Positions 9,739 through 19,303 of a stretch of 64,000 nt of DNA are shown here, one piece after another. Numbering within the stretch: the stretch's first letter is position 1; every line of letters starts with the position of its first letter. Both the position numbers and the translations under genes were made by a program. The notes beneath the pieces were generated by a model that was not told where the DNA came from, searched no databases, and worked only from the letters and a program-made list of their open reading frames with translations. Origin of the DNA: Halobacteriovoraceae bacterium (GTDB lineage Bacteria > Bdellovibrionota > Bacteriovoracia > Bacteriovoracales > Bacteriovoracaceae); contig CAVRCF010000005.1 of the NCBI GenBank assembly GCA_963719505.1, positions 288,001 to 352,000 on the forward strand, written 5' to 3'.

Positions 9739-11667
9739 TTAATATCTGCAAGTACCGTTAGTTAAAAATTCACCGAAACCTTTTTCTGATGAGAAACAAA
9801 AATTCTGAAAAACTAGATCTGAAGTGCTAAGGGTCCATGTAATGTCACCAATTATCTGAAAACGACCTTCAATAACTGCATTCTCAATTCTTGAAGAAGG
9901 AGAAAGGAAGGACCTGTATGTCTGCCCTGAATAGCCTCTGACAAAGGAAGATTTAACGCTACCTGAAATATCAACATTTCCTTGCAGCGTACTATCAAAT
10001 ACAGATCCATTTTTTATATGAAGAACATAGTAGTTCCCACTAGTTGCAAGTCTATCAGTATAACCAAAACTAGTAATAGTAGAAAAATCAACTTTTCCAC
10101 TTTGAAAAAGTGGTCGTCCAGTTATAGTTGATACGAGAAATTTAGTGCCAATTGTAGCGCTAAGAAGTTCATCTCCATTGGACAAAAGAACTTTAGCCGA
10201 ATCTCCATTATATGTAGTAGAAACTAATTCTGAGTCCTGTATATAGGCTCTACCTCTAACGGAGGAGAAAGCAGAAAGATCAGACTCAATGACAGTTACC
10301 GACGCCTCAGCAAAATCGGCTTGAGAAAGAATTGAATTATCAATATATATAGATGCATCTGAAGAGTTCATCGGCTCTATAAAAGAATCTGAGATTGACG
10401 AGTCCTGGACGACGAAGCTTGAACCTTCAACTGGATCACCAGTGGCACATGCAAACAATTCTTCAACAAGAGACAAGTTGTCCTCACTTGATTTTATCTC
10501 AACAAACGAGCATCTATTTCCAATGCCAGAATTTTCGAAAATCACATTACCTGAAATATTTCCATTATCCGTATCGATGAATGAATCACCACAAACTCTT
10601 GCACCATTAGCTATAACGAAATCTGGGTCAACATCAGCATCAGGCGAAATATAGCCACCGTCTTTTGTTTCAAAAGCAAAATCTACTTCTTCTCCATCGT
10701 TATTACAGTCATCAACACCCTTACCAAGTCTACTGGACAAGTCTACTAATTTTTGAAATAAGGAATTTCTAAGATTGACTAAATCACCGACAGGAAAACC
10801 AGAAATATAAGTTGAAATAAAACTGTGGTTGTTTTTTGAGTCTTTCAACCCTCTAGGATCCGGAATTCCTGGTTGTGCCATCAAAAAATTTGGTGTTAGA
10901 CTGAAAGGAACTTTTGAAATTTTATCTAGCGTGTTAGTGATATATTCATTTTCTTCAATTTCGATTTCACTAGCTGGAGTTGCTACTTGGAGGTTTCCGA
11001 GTCTTCTTTTAAAATCATTGATTCTAAGATTTTTTTCTGAATCAATAATTGCATTGAACTCACTCAATTCTTGATATGCCACATTTACGAAGAGATTACC
11101 TTGGGAATGCGAAATAAGAATTAAATTTTTATCTTCTTTTAGTGTTTTTCTTATAGCATTCTGTAAGTCACTTACGACACCAACGGTTGAATTATAAAGC
11201 CTTCTAAAGGCACTCGCTCTATCAAAAACGTCTAGCACATCTTGAGCGTCCTTACCACTTCTAAATTTACCATCAGTGTAAATAAAACCAAACTGATAAA
11301 TTGTTTGGTAGACTGAACTCCAAGCCTGGTTAACGCTTAATGATTCATTCTCATCTAAAAGAAGTAAAACAAGTGATTCCATATAGTCAGGTAGAGCTGC
11401 TCCATCTGAATCGACGCCAAATGTACGATTAAATACATTCTTTACGTCAACTATACCTTTTGAATCGACTTTCCTAAAAAACTCATTACTACTTATTAGT
11501 TCCTCCAACCTCAACCTAGAAATGTCAGCGTCGTCTTTTTCATTCTCTTGACCATTTACATAAATTATTTCTGTGCCCTCCCCAGAGTTATATAGTTGTC
11601 TCTTCTCAACATTTAATTGTGCAACACAGATAGATGGTAATATTAACACTATAAATAGAAACCTCAT
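9739..11667 (-). CDS. Secreted alpha/beta-hydrolase (lipase-like) with C-terminal beta-helix repeats
   Basis: IIYVNG, LILISHSQGNLF nucleophile elbow, VATPA, D.I and HSF..Y; then GGYISPDADVD...GARVCG and Ser/Ile-rich repeats. Start at ATG 11667 after GAGG. Confidence 0.75.
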   Translation of the reverse strand: MRFLFIVLILPSICVAQLNVEKRQLYNSGEGTEIIYVNGQENEKDDADISRLRLEELISSNEFFRKVDSKGIVDVKNVFNRTFGVDSDGAALPDYMESLVLLLLDENESLSVNQAWSSVYQTIYQFGFIYTDGKFRSGKDAQDVLDVFDRASAFRRLYNSTVGVVSDLQNAIRKTLKEDKNLILISHSQGNLFVNVAYQELSEFNAIIDSEKNLRINDFKRRLGNLQVATPASEIEIEENEYITNTLDKISKVPFSLTPNFLMAQPGIPDPRGLKDSKNNHSFISTYISGFPVGDLVNLRNSLFQKLVDLSSRLGKGVDDCNNDGEEVDFAFETKDGGYISPDADVDPDFVIANGARVCGDSFIDTDNGNISGNVIFENSGIGNRCSFVEIKSSEDNLSLVEELFACATGDPVEGSSFVVQDSSISDSFIEPMNSSDASIYIDNSILSQADFAEASVTVIESDLSAFSSVRGRAYIQDSELVSTTYNGDSAKVLLSNGDELLSATIGTKFLVSTITGRPLFQSGKVDFSTITSFGYTDRLATSGNYYVLHIKNGSVFDSTLQGNVDISGSVKSSFVRGYSGQTYRSFLSPSSRIENAVIEGRFQIIGDITWTLSTSDLVFQNFCFSSEKGFGEFLTNGTCRY

Positions 11668-11687
11668 ACGTACCTCTTTTTGTTCAA

Positions 11688-12215
11688 TTACAGTTGGCTT
11701 ATTTTGTCGCAAGCTTTTATTCTAGTCTTAATCTTAGACTCGACTCTAAAAAAGTCTGGATGCCCACTAGTTCCAGAGAGTTGATTGTTATAAATTATAT
11801 TCGCTCTAATTCTTTCTTTTGAGTTTAAAATCAAAGCCTTTTGCTTCTTTAGAATTGATTGCATTTTATACCATCCCTGATCTCCTTCAAAGTAGGTCGA
11901 TAGGCAATTTAAGGATCGATCCCACTCATGAGAGTTTATGAGTGACTTGTTTTTACTTCTATGCTCAATTAAACCTTTAAACCGCGCTGTCGCCATCTGA
12001 GTCAATGCATTTTTAATATTTTCACTTTGATCAGAGCCCTGGATAAACTCGTCTACATCGTCTCTAACGCCATTCTTATTTAGATCTTGACCTAGCAGGT
12101 TTTCAGAGTTTAGATTCGTTTTTTTTTCAGTCTTAACTTGATTATGTATCGATTTTTTATCACAACCAACAACCACCAAAAGCAGCAAGAGAATTGAATT
12201 ATAAATTAACTTCAT
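11688..12215 (-). CDS. Lipoprotein with GxDxNxNGVRDDV domain (copy 2)
   Basis: Lipobox VVGC; LLGQDLNKNGVRDDVDEFI...LNSKERIRANIIYNNQLSG. Confidence 0.75.
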   Translation of the reverse strand: MKLIYNSILLLLLVVVGCDKKSIHNQVKTEKKTNLNSENLLGQDLNKNGVRDDVDEFIQGSDQSENIKNALTQMATARFKGLIEHRSKNKSLINSHEWDRSLNCLSTYFEGDQGWYKMQSILKKQKALILNSKERIRANIIYNNQLSGTSGHPDFFRVESKIKTRIKACDKISQL

Positions 12216-12226
12216 CTTTATCCTTT

Positions 12227-14755
12227 TTATTGATCAAAGTTACACAAAGATAACTCGCGAGAAGATTTTTTAGCCGCAATTACTCTTTCAGATGTCCCAA
12301 CTCCATGTAAATGATCATTATACTTAATATTTGCAAGTATTCTGTTTTTGGTATTCAAGAACACAGCCTTTTGCTCCTTAAAAGCCCTATAAAAAAGAGA
12401 TGTATCTAGTTCATCGGCTTTAACTTGCGCATATGCACAAACCAATGCCTCTTCTAGTCTGCGTGATTGTTCAATAGAAGCCAGTTTATCAGAGCTGACC
12501 TCAAGAGCAACCGCTCTCACTTTTGCAATCTCTTTGAATGCTTTTCTCTGCTTTTCACTATTTTCAAATTTATTGTTTATCCAAAGCTCAACATCATCTC
12601 TCACGCCGTCGTTATCAGAGTCAATACCGGCTATTGTAGAGTCGTTTATTTCTTTGTTTGGTATCGGCGGTATGAGGTCTCCATCTATCTGCGTTCTTAT
12701 AACCTCGAGATTAATTATCTTGGGCTTTGAGATGAATCCAAAAATATCTCTAATCTTGTACTCTACACTCCAAGAACCAAATTTATCGAGCTGAAAACTT
12801 GAAAAATTTTCTACAAATTCTAAGTTAATTTCACTTCCAGATTCATGGGTAGCCTTTAAAATATGTGTAATATCTTTTGAAGGCATTGAACTTATCTCAG
12901 TGACGTTTATTGTCTTAGGGTCACTTGATGCCGGTTGTAAAGTAAAGTTGGCAACAGGCTCAAAACTCCCCCAGTCAATAAAGTATGAAAAGCTGTAAGG
13001 CTCAGAAGCATTTCCGTCATTGTCGGTCGCTACAACTGTGAAATTATAAGTTCCTTTCTTTGGAAATCTAAATTCTTTTGCTATATTGCTAAAATCAACA
13101 TTTAGGGCTTGAATTTGAGTACCGTCTTCATGCTCGGCTTTTGTATAGCTATAACTAACAACCTCACCAAACTTATCTTCGAATCCAGTGTAGATATATT
13201 GAATTCTTGGATCGTGACCGCTGATATCGATATCGTTAAAGATTGCGACAGGAATAAAGCCCTCTTTAGTCCAAGTGTTCTCTTCTGTTATTATTAAGAC
13301 ATCTGATTTGTTTCCATCTTCGTCGATACCATAGAATTCATATGTCCAAAGTCCTGGTTTAGTAAGTTCTACCCCACTATCTCTTACAGATGAGTCTTGG
13401 AATAGCGCTAATGAATCTCCATCTTCATGAGTTGCTGAATATACAAACTGTGTTATTGGTTTACTTGAACTGAAGAATGCACCAAAGTATTTAATGTTTG
13501 GGAAATTTTCATCTGTGGCGAGATAGTAGTCAACCAGCTTTGGCGATATTCCATCACCATCGAATCTAATATCCACAACGTCTCCAAGGGCAAATTGGTC
13601 TGTGGAGTCAAAAGCTCTTACCGTTAGTCTATAATCTTTATTAGCTTCAGGAACAGCAATTGTGTACTTGTCCTCAGTTGTATAGTGATCAATAAATATC
13701 TCAACTTCATTTTCTGGACTAAAAGAATACAAAACATATCTGAATAGCGATGCCTTACCATCTTCAAAGTCAGAACTAGCACTTGCATCAATGAGAAAAT
13801 GCCCATTAAGACCTTCCACTTGGGTAACGTTAAAGAGCGTTATCGGTGTCGCATTAGTTATTTGAACGACACGCTTCTCACTCAAAGACTTATTGCCGGC
13901 ACTATCTTCAATTTCAACTTGAATTTCGAATGTTCCAGACTCTTGAAAAGCGACATTTTCTCCTGAATATTCGGAAGTAAACCTATTTATTTCAAGACCG
14001 TCTTTTAGTGAGATATAAGTGAAGCTTACTATGTCCCCCGCGTCGGAAGTTGATCCTGACGCATCAACGCTAACAAAGCCAAGGTTTTGATCATGCTGAA
14101 CCTGTATGTCTGCGAGAATGTTTATTAATTTTTCTTTTTTCTCGAAAACTCCATAACCGTAAGTTGAGTAAAGTTTTATTTTTTTCTTATTCTTTTTATT
14201 ATTCTTATTTTTTTCATAAATAAATTTGAAATACGCTTTATACTCACCAACTGGAATTGAAGAAATATCAATCAAAGCTACAATATCTTCGCCCTCTAAA
14301 GTGGTCTCAACGGTATGTGTCTTGGAAAATATACTTCCTAGCTTGTAATAAATCTTTCTTACCAGGTACTTATCTTTCTTGCTATCAAGCCTCAATTTTA
14401 ATTCATTTTCGTTACTTGATTCAAGTTCAATAACTTGAATCTTGCCGAACAGTTTATTCACTAACTTCTTTAGAAAACTCTTTTTCTCTTCTAGATATGC
14501 TTTTTTAATAAATTTCGACTGATCAGCATAAATATAGTGACTAATTTTCTTTCCTCTTTTAAGCATATTCATATGATCAAATTTATTTTCTTTTTTATTG
14601 GATGCACGGGTCTTCTGACCTCTATACTTCATCATATTTTTGTTCTTATATTTTTTTATCATTTCACTTTTATAAGATGGGCTTTTATATTTTGAAGATT
14701 GACTGAAAGCCACAAGTGAAAATAATGATAAAAATAAAACAATAAATAGTTTCAT
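12227..14755 (-). CDS. Large secreted protein: basic N-terminal region, PKD/Ig-like repeats, C-terminal GxDxDxDGVRDDV domain (copy 3)
   Basis: Signal peptide; PKD-like VDASGSTSDAGDIVSF and IDASASSDFEDG; repeated (A)THEDG...KPGLWT / KKGTYNFTV units; C-terminal PPIPNKEINDSTIAGIDSDNDGVRDDVELWI. Confidence 0.75.
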   Translation of the reverse strand: MKLFIVLFLSLFSLVAFSQSSKYKSPSYKSEMIKKYKNKNMMKYRGQKTRASNKKENKFDHMNMLKRGKKISHYIYADQSKFIKKAYLEEKKSFLKKLVNKLFGKIQVIELESSNENELKLRLDSKKDKYLVRKIYYKLGSIFSKTHTVETTLEGEDIVALIDISSIPVGEYKAYFKFIYEKNKNNKKNKKKIKLYSTYGYGVFEKKEKLINILADIQVQHDQNLGFVSVDASGSTSDAGDIVSFTYISLKDGLEINRFTSEYSGENVAFQESGTFEIQVEIEDSAGNKSLSEKRVVQITNATPITLFNVTQVEGLNGHFLIDASASSDFEDGKASLFRYVLYSFSPENEVEIFIDHYTTEDKYTIAVPEANKDYRLTVRAFDSTDQFALGDVVDIRFDGDGISPKLVDYYLATDENFPNIKYFGAFFSSSKPITQFVYSATHEDGDSLALFQDSSVRDSGVELTKPGLWTYEFYGIDEDGNKSDVLIITEENTWTKEGFIPVAIFNDIDISGHDPRIQYIYTGFEDKFGEVVSYSYTKAEHEDGTQIQALNVDFSNIAKEFRFPKKGTYNFTVVATDNDGNASEPYSFSYFIDWGSFEPVANFTLQPASSDPKTINVTEISSMPSKDITHILKATHESGSEINLEFVENFSSFQLDKFGSWSVEYKIRDIFGFISKPKIINLEVIRTQIDGDLIPPIPNKEINDSTIAGIDSDNDGVRDDVELWINNKFENSEKQRKAFKEIAKVRAVALEVSSDKLASIEQSRRLEEALVCAYAQVKADELDTSLFYRAFKEQKAVFLNTKNRILANIKYNDHLHGVGTSERVIAAKKSSRELSLCNFDQ

Positions 14756-15145
14756 ACAAACCTCAAAAAGATAGTTGATTGGTTAAAAATAGTATCGGAG
14801 AAAGCAAGAAAATTACGGAGTAAAGATTTCTTAATGCTCTATCAAAAACTCCTTAACATCTTTAAACAGGGGCTAAACACAATAAATTAATTATAGTTAA
14901 GGGTGCGATAAAACTTGAAGAACCAGATATTCGACAAAAATAAGTGGCAATTACTGCTTTGATCAGTGATCATTTGTTATATTTAGAGTAAGTAAAGAGA
15001 TATTCACGAGAGTCCATAATAAAGGAATGTTCAATTTAGTTCACCTTAAAGGAAAAACGAGCTTTAAGAATTACACAACAGATCAACAAATTGATCTATG
15101 ATCATTTTAACAAAAGGAAATCAATCCTCGTTCACCGTGAACTAG

Positions 15146-15568
15146 TTAGTTTTTCTTACTAGGCTTTGCGGTGACAATTTTATTTTTCAAAAGAACACTT
15201 TTAAATCTTTCAACATCAAAGGGCTTAGCTAGGACAGAAGTTACTCCAAGCTCTTTTGCCTCTTTTACATCTTCAACTGATAAAGCTCCCGACATCAACA
15301 TGATCTTTGTTTCATCAGCCGGGTTTAGTCGACGTATTTGACGAATAAGATCGAAGCAACCAAGCCTTGGCATTTTTAGATCTGTTAGAATGATATCAAA
15401 TTTTTGGTTGGCAAGTTTCATAAGAGCTTCTTTACCATCAACCGCTCCGACGATAAACCCAAAGACTTCGAGGGATTGGAGCATATGAATTAAGATATCA
15501 CGTAACTTTTCTTCATCTTCAACTATAAGGGCGGACAGCTGCTGGCCTTTTATCGTTTTTAATTCCAT
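15146..15568 (-). CDS. Single-domain response regulator (CheY-like)
   Basis: LIVEDE, TDLKMP (phospho-acceptor Asp), MSG and AKPF. Confidence 0.9.
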   Translation of the reverse strand: MELKTIKGQQLSALIVEDEEKLRDILIHMLQSLEVFGFIVGAVDGKEALMKLANQKFDIILTDLKMPRLGCFDLIRQIRRLNPADETKIMLMSGALSVEDVKEAKELGVTSVLAKPFDVERFKSVLLKNKIVTAKPSKKN

Positions 15569-15710
15569 GCGTCATGGTAAGTCATTTCTTAGATTTTCCA
15601 AAACACTATTTAATTTTTTTTAAGGTTTACTTGTTAAGTCTCTAAAATTACTAAAAAATTAGTGTTGTTTATTGATAAAGTAATGAAGTCTTTAAAATAA
15701 ATAATTTTGA

Positions 15711-16115
15711 TCAATTAATATTAATGCCAACAATATGAATGGCCACTGGCCCTTTTGGACCCTCTCCTATTTCAAACTCAACGAGATCATCATCGTAAAT
15801 TTCAAATCCGCCTAGTGCACTTTCGTGAAAAAACAAATCATCCATATCTAACTTGGGCTTAATGAACCCAAATCCTTTCTCGGGATCAAAAAATTTTATT
15901 CGTCCTTCAAATTTCTCTGAAGGCGTTGAAACTTCTTCTTTAATCTCTCCCCATATGATTTCGTGAATGACATCAACCTTATCACCCTTATGAATTCTCT
16001 CTAGTTTCTCAATAACAGACGCTTTGGTCTGAGCATCGACCACCAAATCTTTTCTCTTTCTCTTTTTTGTTTTTAATGTGTCGTACTTTACTAATTCAAC
16101 AGTGAATTTTGTCAT
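15711..16115 (-). CDS. Cold-shock-domain protein with N-terminal extension
   Basis: GRIKFFDPEKGFGFI (RNP1), DLFFHES (RNP2) and GPKGPVA. Confidence 0.88.
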   Translation of the reverse strand: MTKFTVELVKYDTLKTKKRKRKDLVVDAQTKASVIEKLERIHKGDKVDVIHEIIWGEIKEEVSTPSEKFEGRIKFFDPEKGFGFIKPKLDMDDLFFHESALGGFEIYDDDLVEFEIGEGPKGPVAIHIVGININ

Positions 16116-16135
16116 GAGACCTCAACTTTTAAACA

Positions 16136-16489
16136 CTATGATATGGGAAACTTTGCTTCTAGATATTTGATAATATCACCGGACTCATACATCCATGTAT
16201 CACCAATTCTAAGACAGGGAACCATCGGGCTTCCCCCTTTTTCTAATAACTCTGATTTTACACTCTCATCCATATTGGCATTTTTTAATTCAATAGGAAG
16301 ATTGAGTTTTCTCATTGTCCTTCTTACTTTGATACAGAATGGACAGGCATTAAATTGATACAGGGAATAGTCTTGTAATTGTTGTTCGACTTCTTTTTGC
16401 TTCTCCGGACTTCTTTTCCCAAGACTTGGCTGAGTTAAAAAGTTCAAAGCTATGAGTATCTTGCCAACGATGTATCTAATTATTTTCAA
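16136..16489 (-). CDS. Glutaredoxin / GST-N-like protein
   Basis: CPFC, GGSPMVPCL and YESGDII. Confidence 0.88.
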   Translation of the reverse strand: MKIIRYIVGKILIALNFLTQPSLGKRSPEKQKEVEQQLQDYSLYQFNACPFCIKVRRTMRKLNLPIELKNANMDESVKSELLEKGGSPMVPCLRIGDTWMYESGDIIKYLEAKFPIS

Positions 16490-16518
16490 CTAAGTTCCTT
16501 TATAATGAGCTAAAAAGA

Positions 16519-17316
16519 TTATCTTTTTTTAAGCTCCATTGGTCTTTGAGGAAATCCATGTCCTAGGTCGTGATCCATATTCCATCTGTCGAGCATATAC
16601 TCTTGTCTCTCAACTCGGTAATGCTTAAGAGACTCGTCTAGACCATCAAGCTTTTTTTGAAGCTCAACTTGCAAAAGAAGATTCTCTTGTTTGGTTTCAA
16701 GCAGGTTATCGATCGCCAATTGTTTTTTTCTTCTAAGCGCATTAATCTGCTCATCATAATCGGCTGCTGTTTTCATTTTTTGTTGATCATACGTCCATAA
16801 AAAATGATTGATATTATTGAGTTGATTTAAAAAACCATCTTTTCTCAAAAGAAGAATTTCTCTGTATTTACTGGCTTCAAAAACTCTGGTGGCAAGCTCA
16901 TTTGATTCGAAGTTTAATTGCATGCCTCTTGGAAAGTATTTTCCACTTGGCCAACAAGAATCAAAGTCCTGAACATAAATGACAAAGTAGAAATCTTCGG
17001 TGTTTCTCACACTCGCGCGACATGGAATATTTGATTCATGTTGATTGACCGTAAAGTAAACCGAATCACCAGCTTTAAAAAATTTGGTGTTATTATTCTC
17101 TACTTTAACCTTGAGAATTCGCCCTGACTTATCTTTATCAGTTACCCTTCCCATGAATTTTTCGTAGTCAACTTTTGGATCTATAAAGGCATTATTCGGG
17201 GGATCGACCAAACCTTTATCCGGGAAATCAGGAACCGCTTGCACTGCAAAACAACTTCCTAAACTTAGAGAGAACAATCCTATTCCCATTAAAAACTTTT
17301 GGCCATAATCCTTCAT
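16519..17316 (-). CDS. Secreted hypothetical protein with C-terminal coiled coil
   Basis: 265-aa ORF, GAGG RBS, signal-like N-terminus. Confidence 0.7.
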   Translation of the reverse strand: MKDYGQKFLMGIGLFSLSLGSCFAVQAVPDFPDKGLVDPPNNAFIDPKVDYEKFMGRVTDKDKSGRILKVKVENNNTKFFKAGDSVYFTVNQHESNIPCRASVRNTEDFYFVIYVQDFDSCWPSGKYFPRGMQLNFESNELATRVFEASKYREILLLRKDGFLNQLNNINHFLWTYDQQKMKTAADYDEQINALRRKKQLAIDNLLETKQENLLLQVELQKKLDGLDESLKHYRVERQEYMLDRWNMDHDLGHGFPQRPMELKKR

Positions 17317-17381
17317 ACCTCATATTATGACCCGAATTTTAAAATTACGCAAAAAATCATATCAATTTCAAGGAGAACCGC

Positions 17382-18026
17382 ATGGAATTTTTTATCGACA
17401 CAGGAAATATTGAAGAAATTAAAACGGCATATTCATGGGGATTCATTGATGGAGTGACCACGAACCCATCTTTAGTTGCTAAAGAGGGAATTGGACAGGA
17501 AGAACTTATCAAGATGATCGCTGAAATAGTTGATGGACCAATCTCTGCTGAGGTTATCTCTACAGATGCTCCAGGAATGTTAGCAGAAGCTACTGAACTG
17601 GCAAAAATTCACGAAAACGTTGTTATCAAGCTTCCTATGACAAAAGATGGGATGATTGCCTGCAAGGCTTTAAGCACTAAAGGGATCAAGACAAACGTAA
17701 CTTTGGTCTTCTCTGCCAACCAAGCTCTTCTCGCAGCTAAAAACGGTGCAACCTATGTTTCTCCGTTTATTGGAAGACTGGATGATATCGGTCAAACAGG
17801 AATTGAGCTTATTGGAGAAATTAGAGAGATTTTTGACAATTTTGGCTTCCCTACTAAGATACTTGCAGCCTCGATCAGACATATGGACCATGTAAAGCAA
17901 TCTGCTTTAGTTGGTAGTGATGTGGCAACTATTCCTTTCAAAGTTTTAAGTGCTTTGTTTAATCACCCACTTACGGACCGTGGTCTCGAGCAGTTTTTAG
18001 CAGATCATGCTAAGGCAAATAGATAA
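17382..18026 (+). CDS. tal: Transaldolase / fructose-6-phosphate aldolase (TalC family)
   Basis: [18 protein letters not shown] (Schiff-base Lys), [11 protein letters not shown] and LAASIR. Confidence 0.92.
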   Translation: MEFFIDTGNIEEIKTAYSWGFIDGVTTNPSLVAKEGIGQEELIKMIAEIVDGPISAEVISTDAPGMLAEATELAKIHENVVIKLPMTKDGMIACKALSTKGIKTNVTLVFSANQALLAAKNGATYVSPFIGRLDDIGQTGIELIGEIREIFDNFGFPTKILAASIRHMDHVKQSALVGSDVATIPFKVLSALFNHPLTDRGLEQFLADHAKANR

Positions 18027-18056
18027 AATAAACTCAATAAATTTAAGAGCTTACCT

Positions 18057-18083
18057 GGCCTGCTGAAAATGCAGGCCTTTTTT
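18057..18083 (+). terminator. Rho-independent terminator
   Basis: ggcctgc-tgaaaat-gcaggcc followed by T6. Confidence 0.85.
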
Positions 18084-18107
18084 ATCCCCAAAAACAAAAC
18101 TTTTTAC

Positions 18108-18134
18108 TCAAGTATTACGTGTAAGCGTCGATAA
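18108..18134 (+). promoter_or_regulatory. Putative sigma28 (FliA) promoter
   Basis: TCAAGTAT-N11-GTCGATAA, against the consensus T(A/C)AAGTTT-N11-GCCGATAA. Confidence 0.55.
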
Positions 18135-18148
18135 TATACCTGAGCGTC

Positions 18149-19015
18149 TTGCTCAACAACCAAGACTCTCCAAGGGATAAATTGAAAAAGCTAACGTTAT
18201 TTGCATTCTTGGTTGTGGGAACCATTGCATGCCAGCCACCGGCGACCGAGCTTGGTTCATCGAGGGGCTCTAGTGCCTCTGCACTTGCACCATCTTACTG
18301 GCCAGCTGGGCAATCAGCATTTCCATTAAATGTCAGACTATCAGAAGACTTTGCCTCAACCGAAGTTGATGCCATAAGAAACTCGGCTGATAATTGGTCA
18401 GGCGCCGTTGATAATAGAGTTACTTTTTTTAGAACGACATCAAGCACCGCTGAAAAGGGTGGAAGTTTAACGTCTTATAACGATGGTCTCTATGGTATTT
18501 ATAAACTCAATACATGGCCGTCGGAACTTCCGGGTTCAGCACTTGCTGTCACTCAAATCTTTGGGCTAAGAAAAAATATTGGCCAAAGCAATGAGGCCAT
18601 AGAAATAACTCATGCAGATATTCTTGTTAATTATGATAATTTTAGTTTTGCCTCCACCAACGGTGGGTCGGGTTACGATCTGGAAACGGTGGTTCTTCAC
18701 GAGTTTGGCCATTTTCTTGGACTGGGTCATGATTCAAGTAGTGTCTCATCTTCGGTTATGTATCCAACGATCTCAAGATACTCTCAAAGTAGAGTCCCTT
18801 TAAACAATGATATTTCGAATATCAAATCTCTCTATGGAATCTCTGGGGCGACTGAAGCGAATTCAGGGTTTAGGGGTATTGCTAGTGTGAGTGAAACACC
18901 TGAAAAAAGTTCTGATCCAGGTCAGCTGGTTGTTATTCAATTTGAAATAAATGCTGATGGATCTGAGAAGGTAAAAGTTGACGGTAAATATATAGAACAT
19001 AAATGTAAGCATTAA
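18149..19015 (+). CDS. Matrixin (M10) zinc metalloprotease, lipoprotein
   Basis: HEFGHFLGLGH, Met-turn SVMYP, and lipobox TIAC. The start may be TTG 18182. Confidence 0.9.
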   Translation: MLNNQDSPRDKLKKLTLFAFLVVGTIACQPPATELGSSRGSSASALAPSYWPAGQSAFPLNVRLSEDFASTEVDAIRNSADNWSGAVDNRVTFFRTTSSTAEKGGSLTSYNDGLYGIYKLNTWPSELPGSALAVTQIFGLRKNIGQSNEAIEITHADILVNYDNFSFASTNGGSGYDLETVVLHEFGHFLGLGHDSSSVSSSVMYPTISRYSQSRVPLNNDISNIKSLYGISGATEANSGFRGIASVSETPEKSSDPGQLVVIQFEINADGSEKVKVDGKYIEHKCKH

Positions 19016-19053
19016 TCTTTGGTGAATTCGAAGAGCACCTCAGACAAGTGAAC

Positions 19054-19091
19054 AATAAAAAAGGGAAGTCACTCGCTTCCCTTTTTTTATT
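19054..19091. terminator. Bidirectional terminator
   Basis: aataaaaaagggaag-tcactcg-cttccctttttttatt. Confidence 0.85.
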
Positions 19092-19174
19092 GGCATATCC
19101 AAAACCCTCCCCTTAAATCACCAAAGTAAAAACAAGTGCTTATCTAAAAACTAAAGAATACTTGAGCTTAAAGC

Positions 19175-19202
19175 TAAACTAAAAGAATGATGATGCCGAT
19201 AA
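19175..19202 (+). promoter_or_regulatory. Putative sigma28-like promoter
   Basis: Perfect GCCGATAA -10 box at 19195-19202 with TAAACTAA 12 nt upstream. Confidence 0.45.
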
Positions 19203-19234
19203 AGTTAATGAAATATTAATACAGAGGGAAAAGT

Positions 19235-19303
19235 ATGCTTGAGTTTAAGACTTACCAACTTATCGGGACATTTTGTATCGGTACAATCGAGCTTCAAATA
19301 TGA
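19235..19303 (+). other. 22-codon mini-ORF (leader or gene remnant) coupled to the next gene
   Basis: GAGGG RBS, MLEFKTYQLIGTFCIGTIELQI*; its TGA overlaps ATG 19300 (ATGA). Confidence 0.35.
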
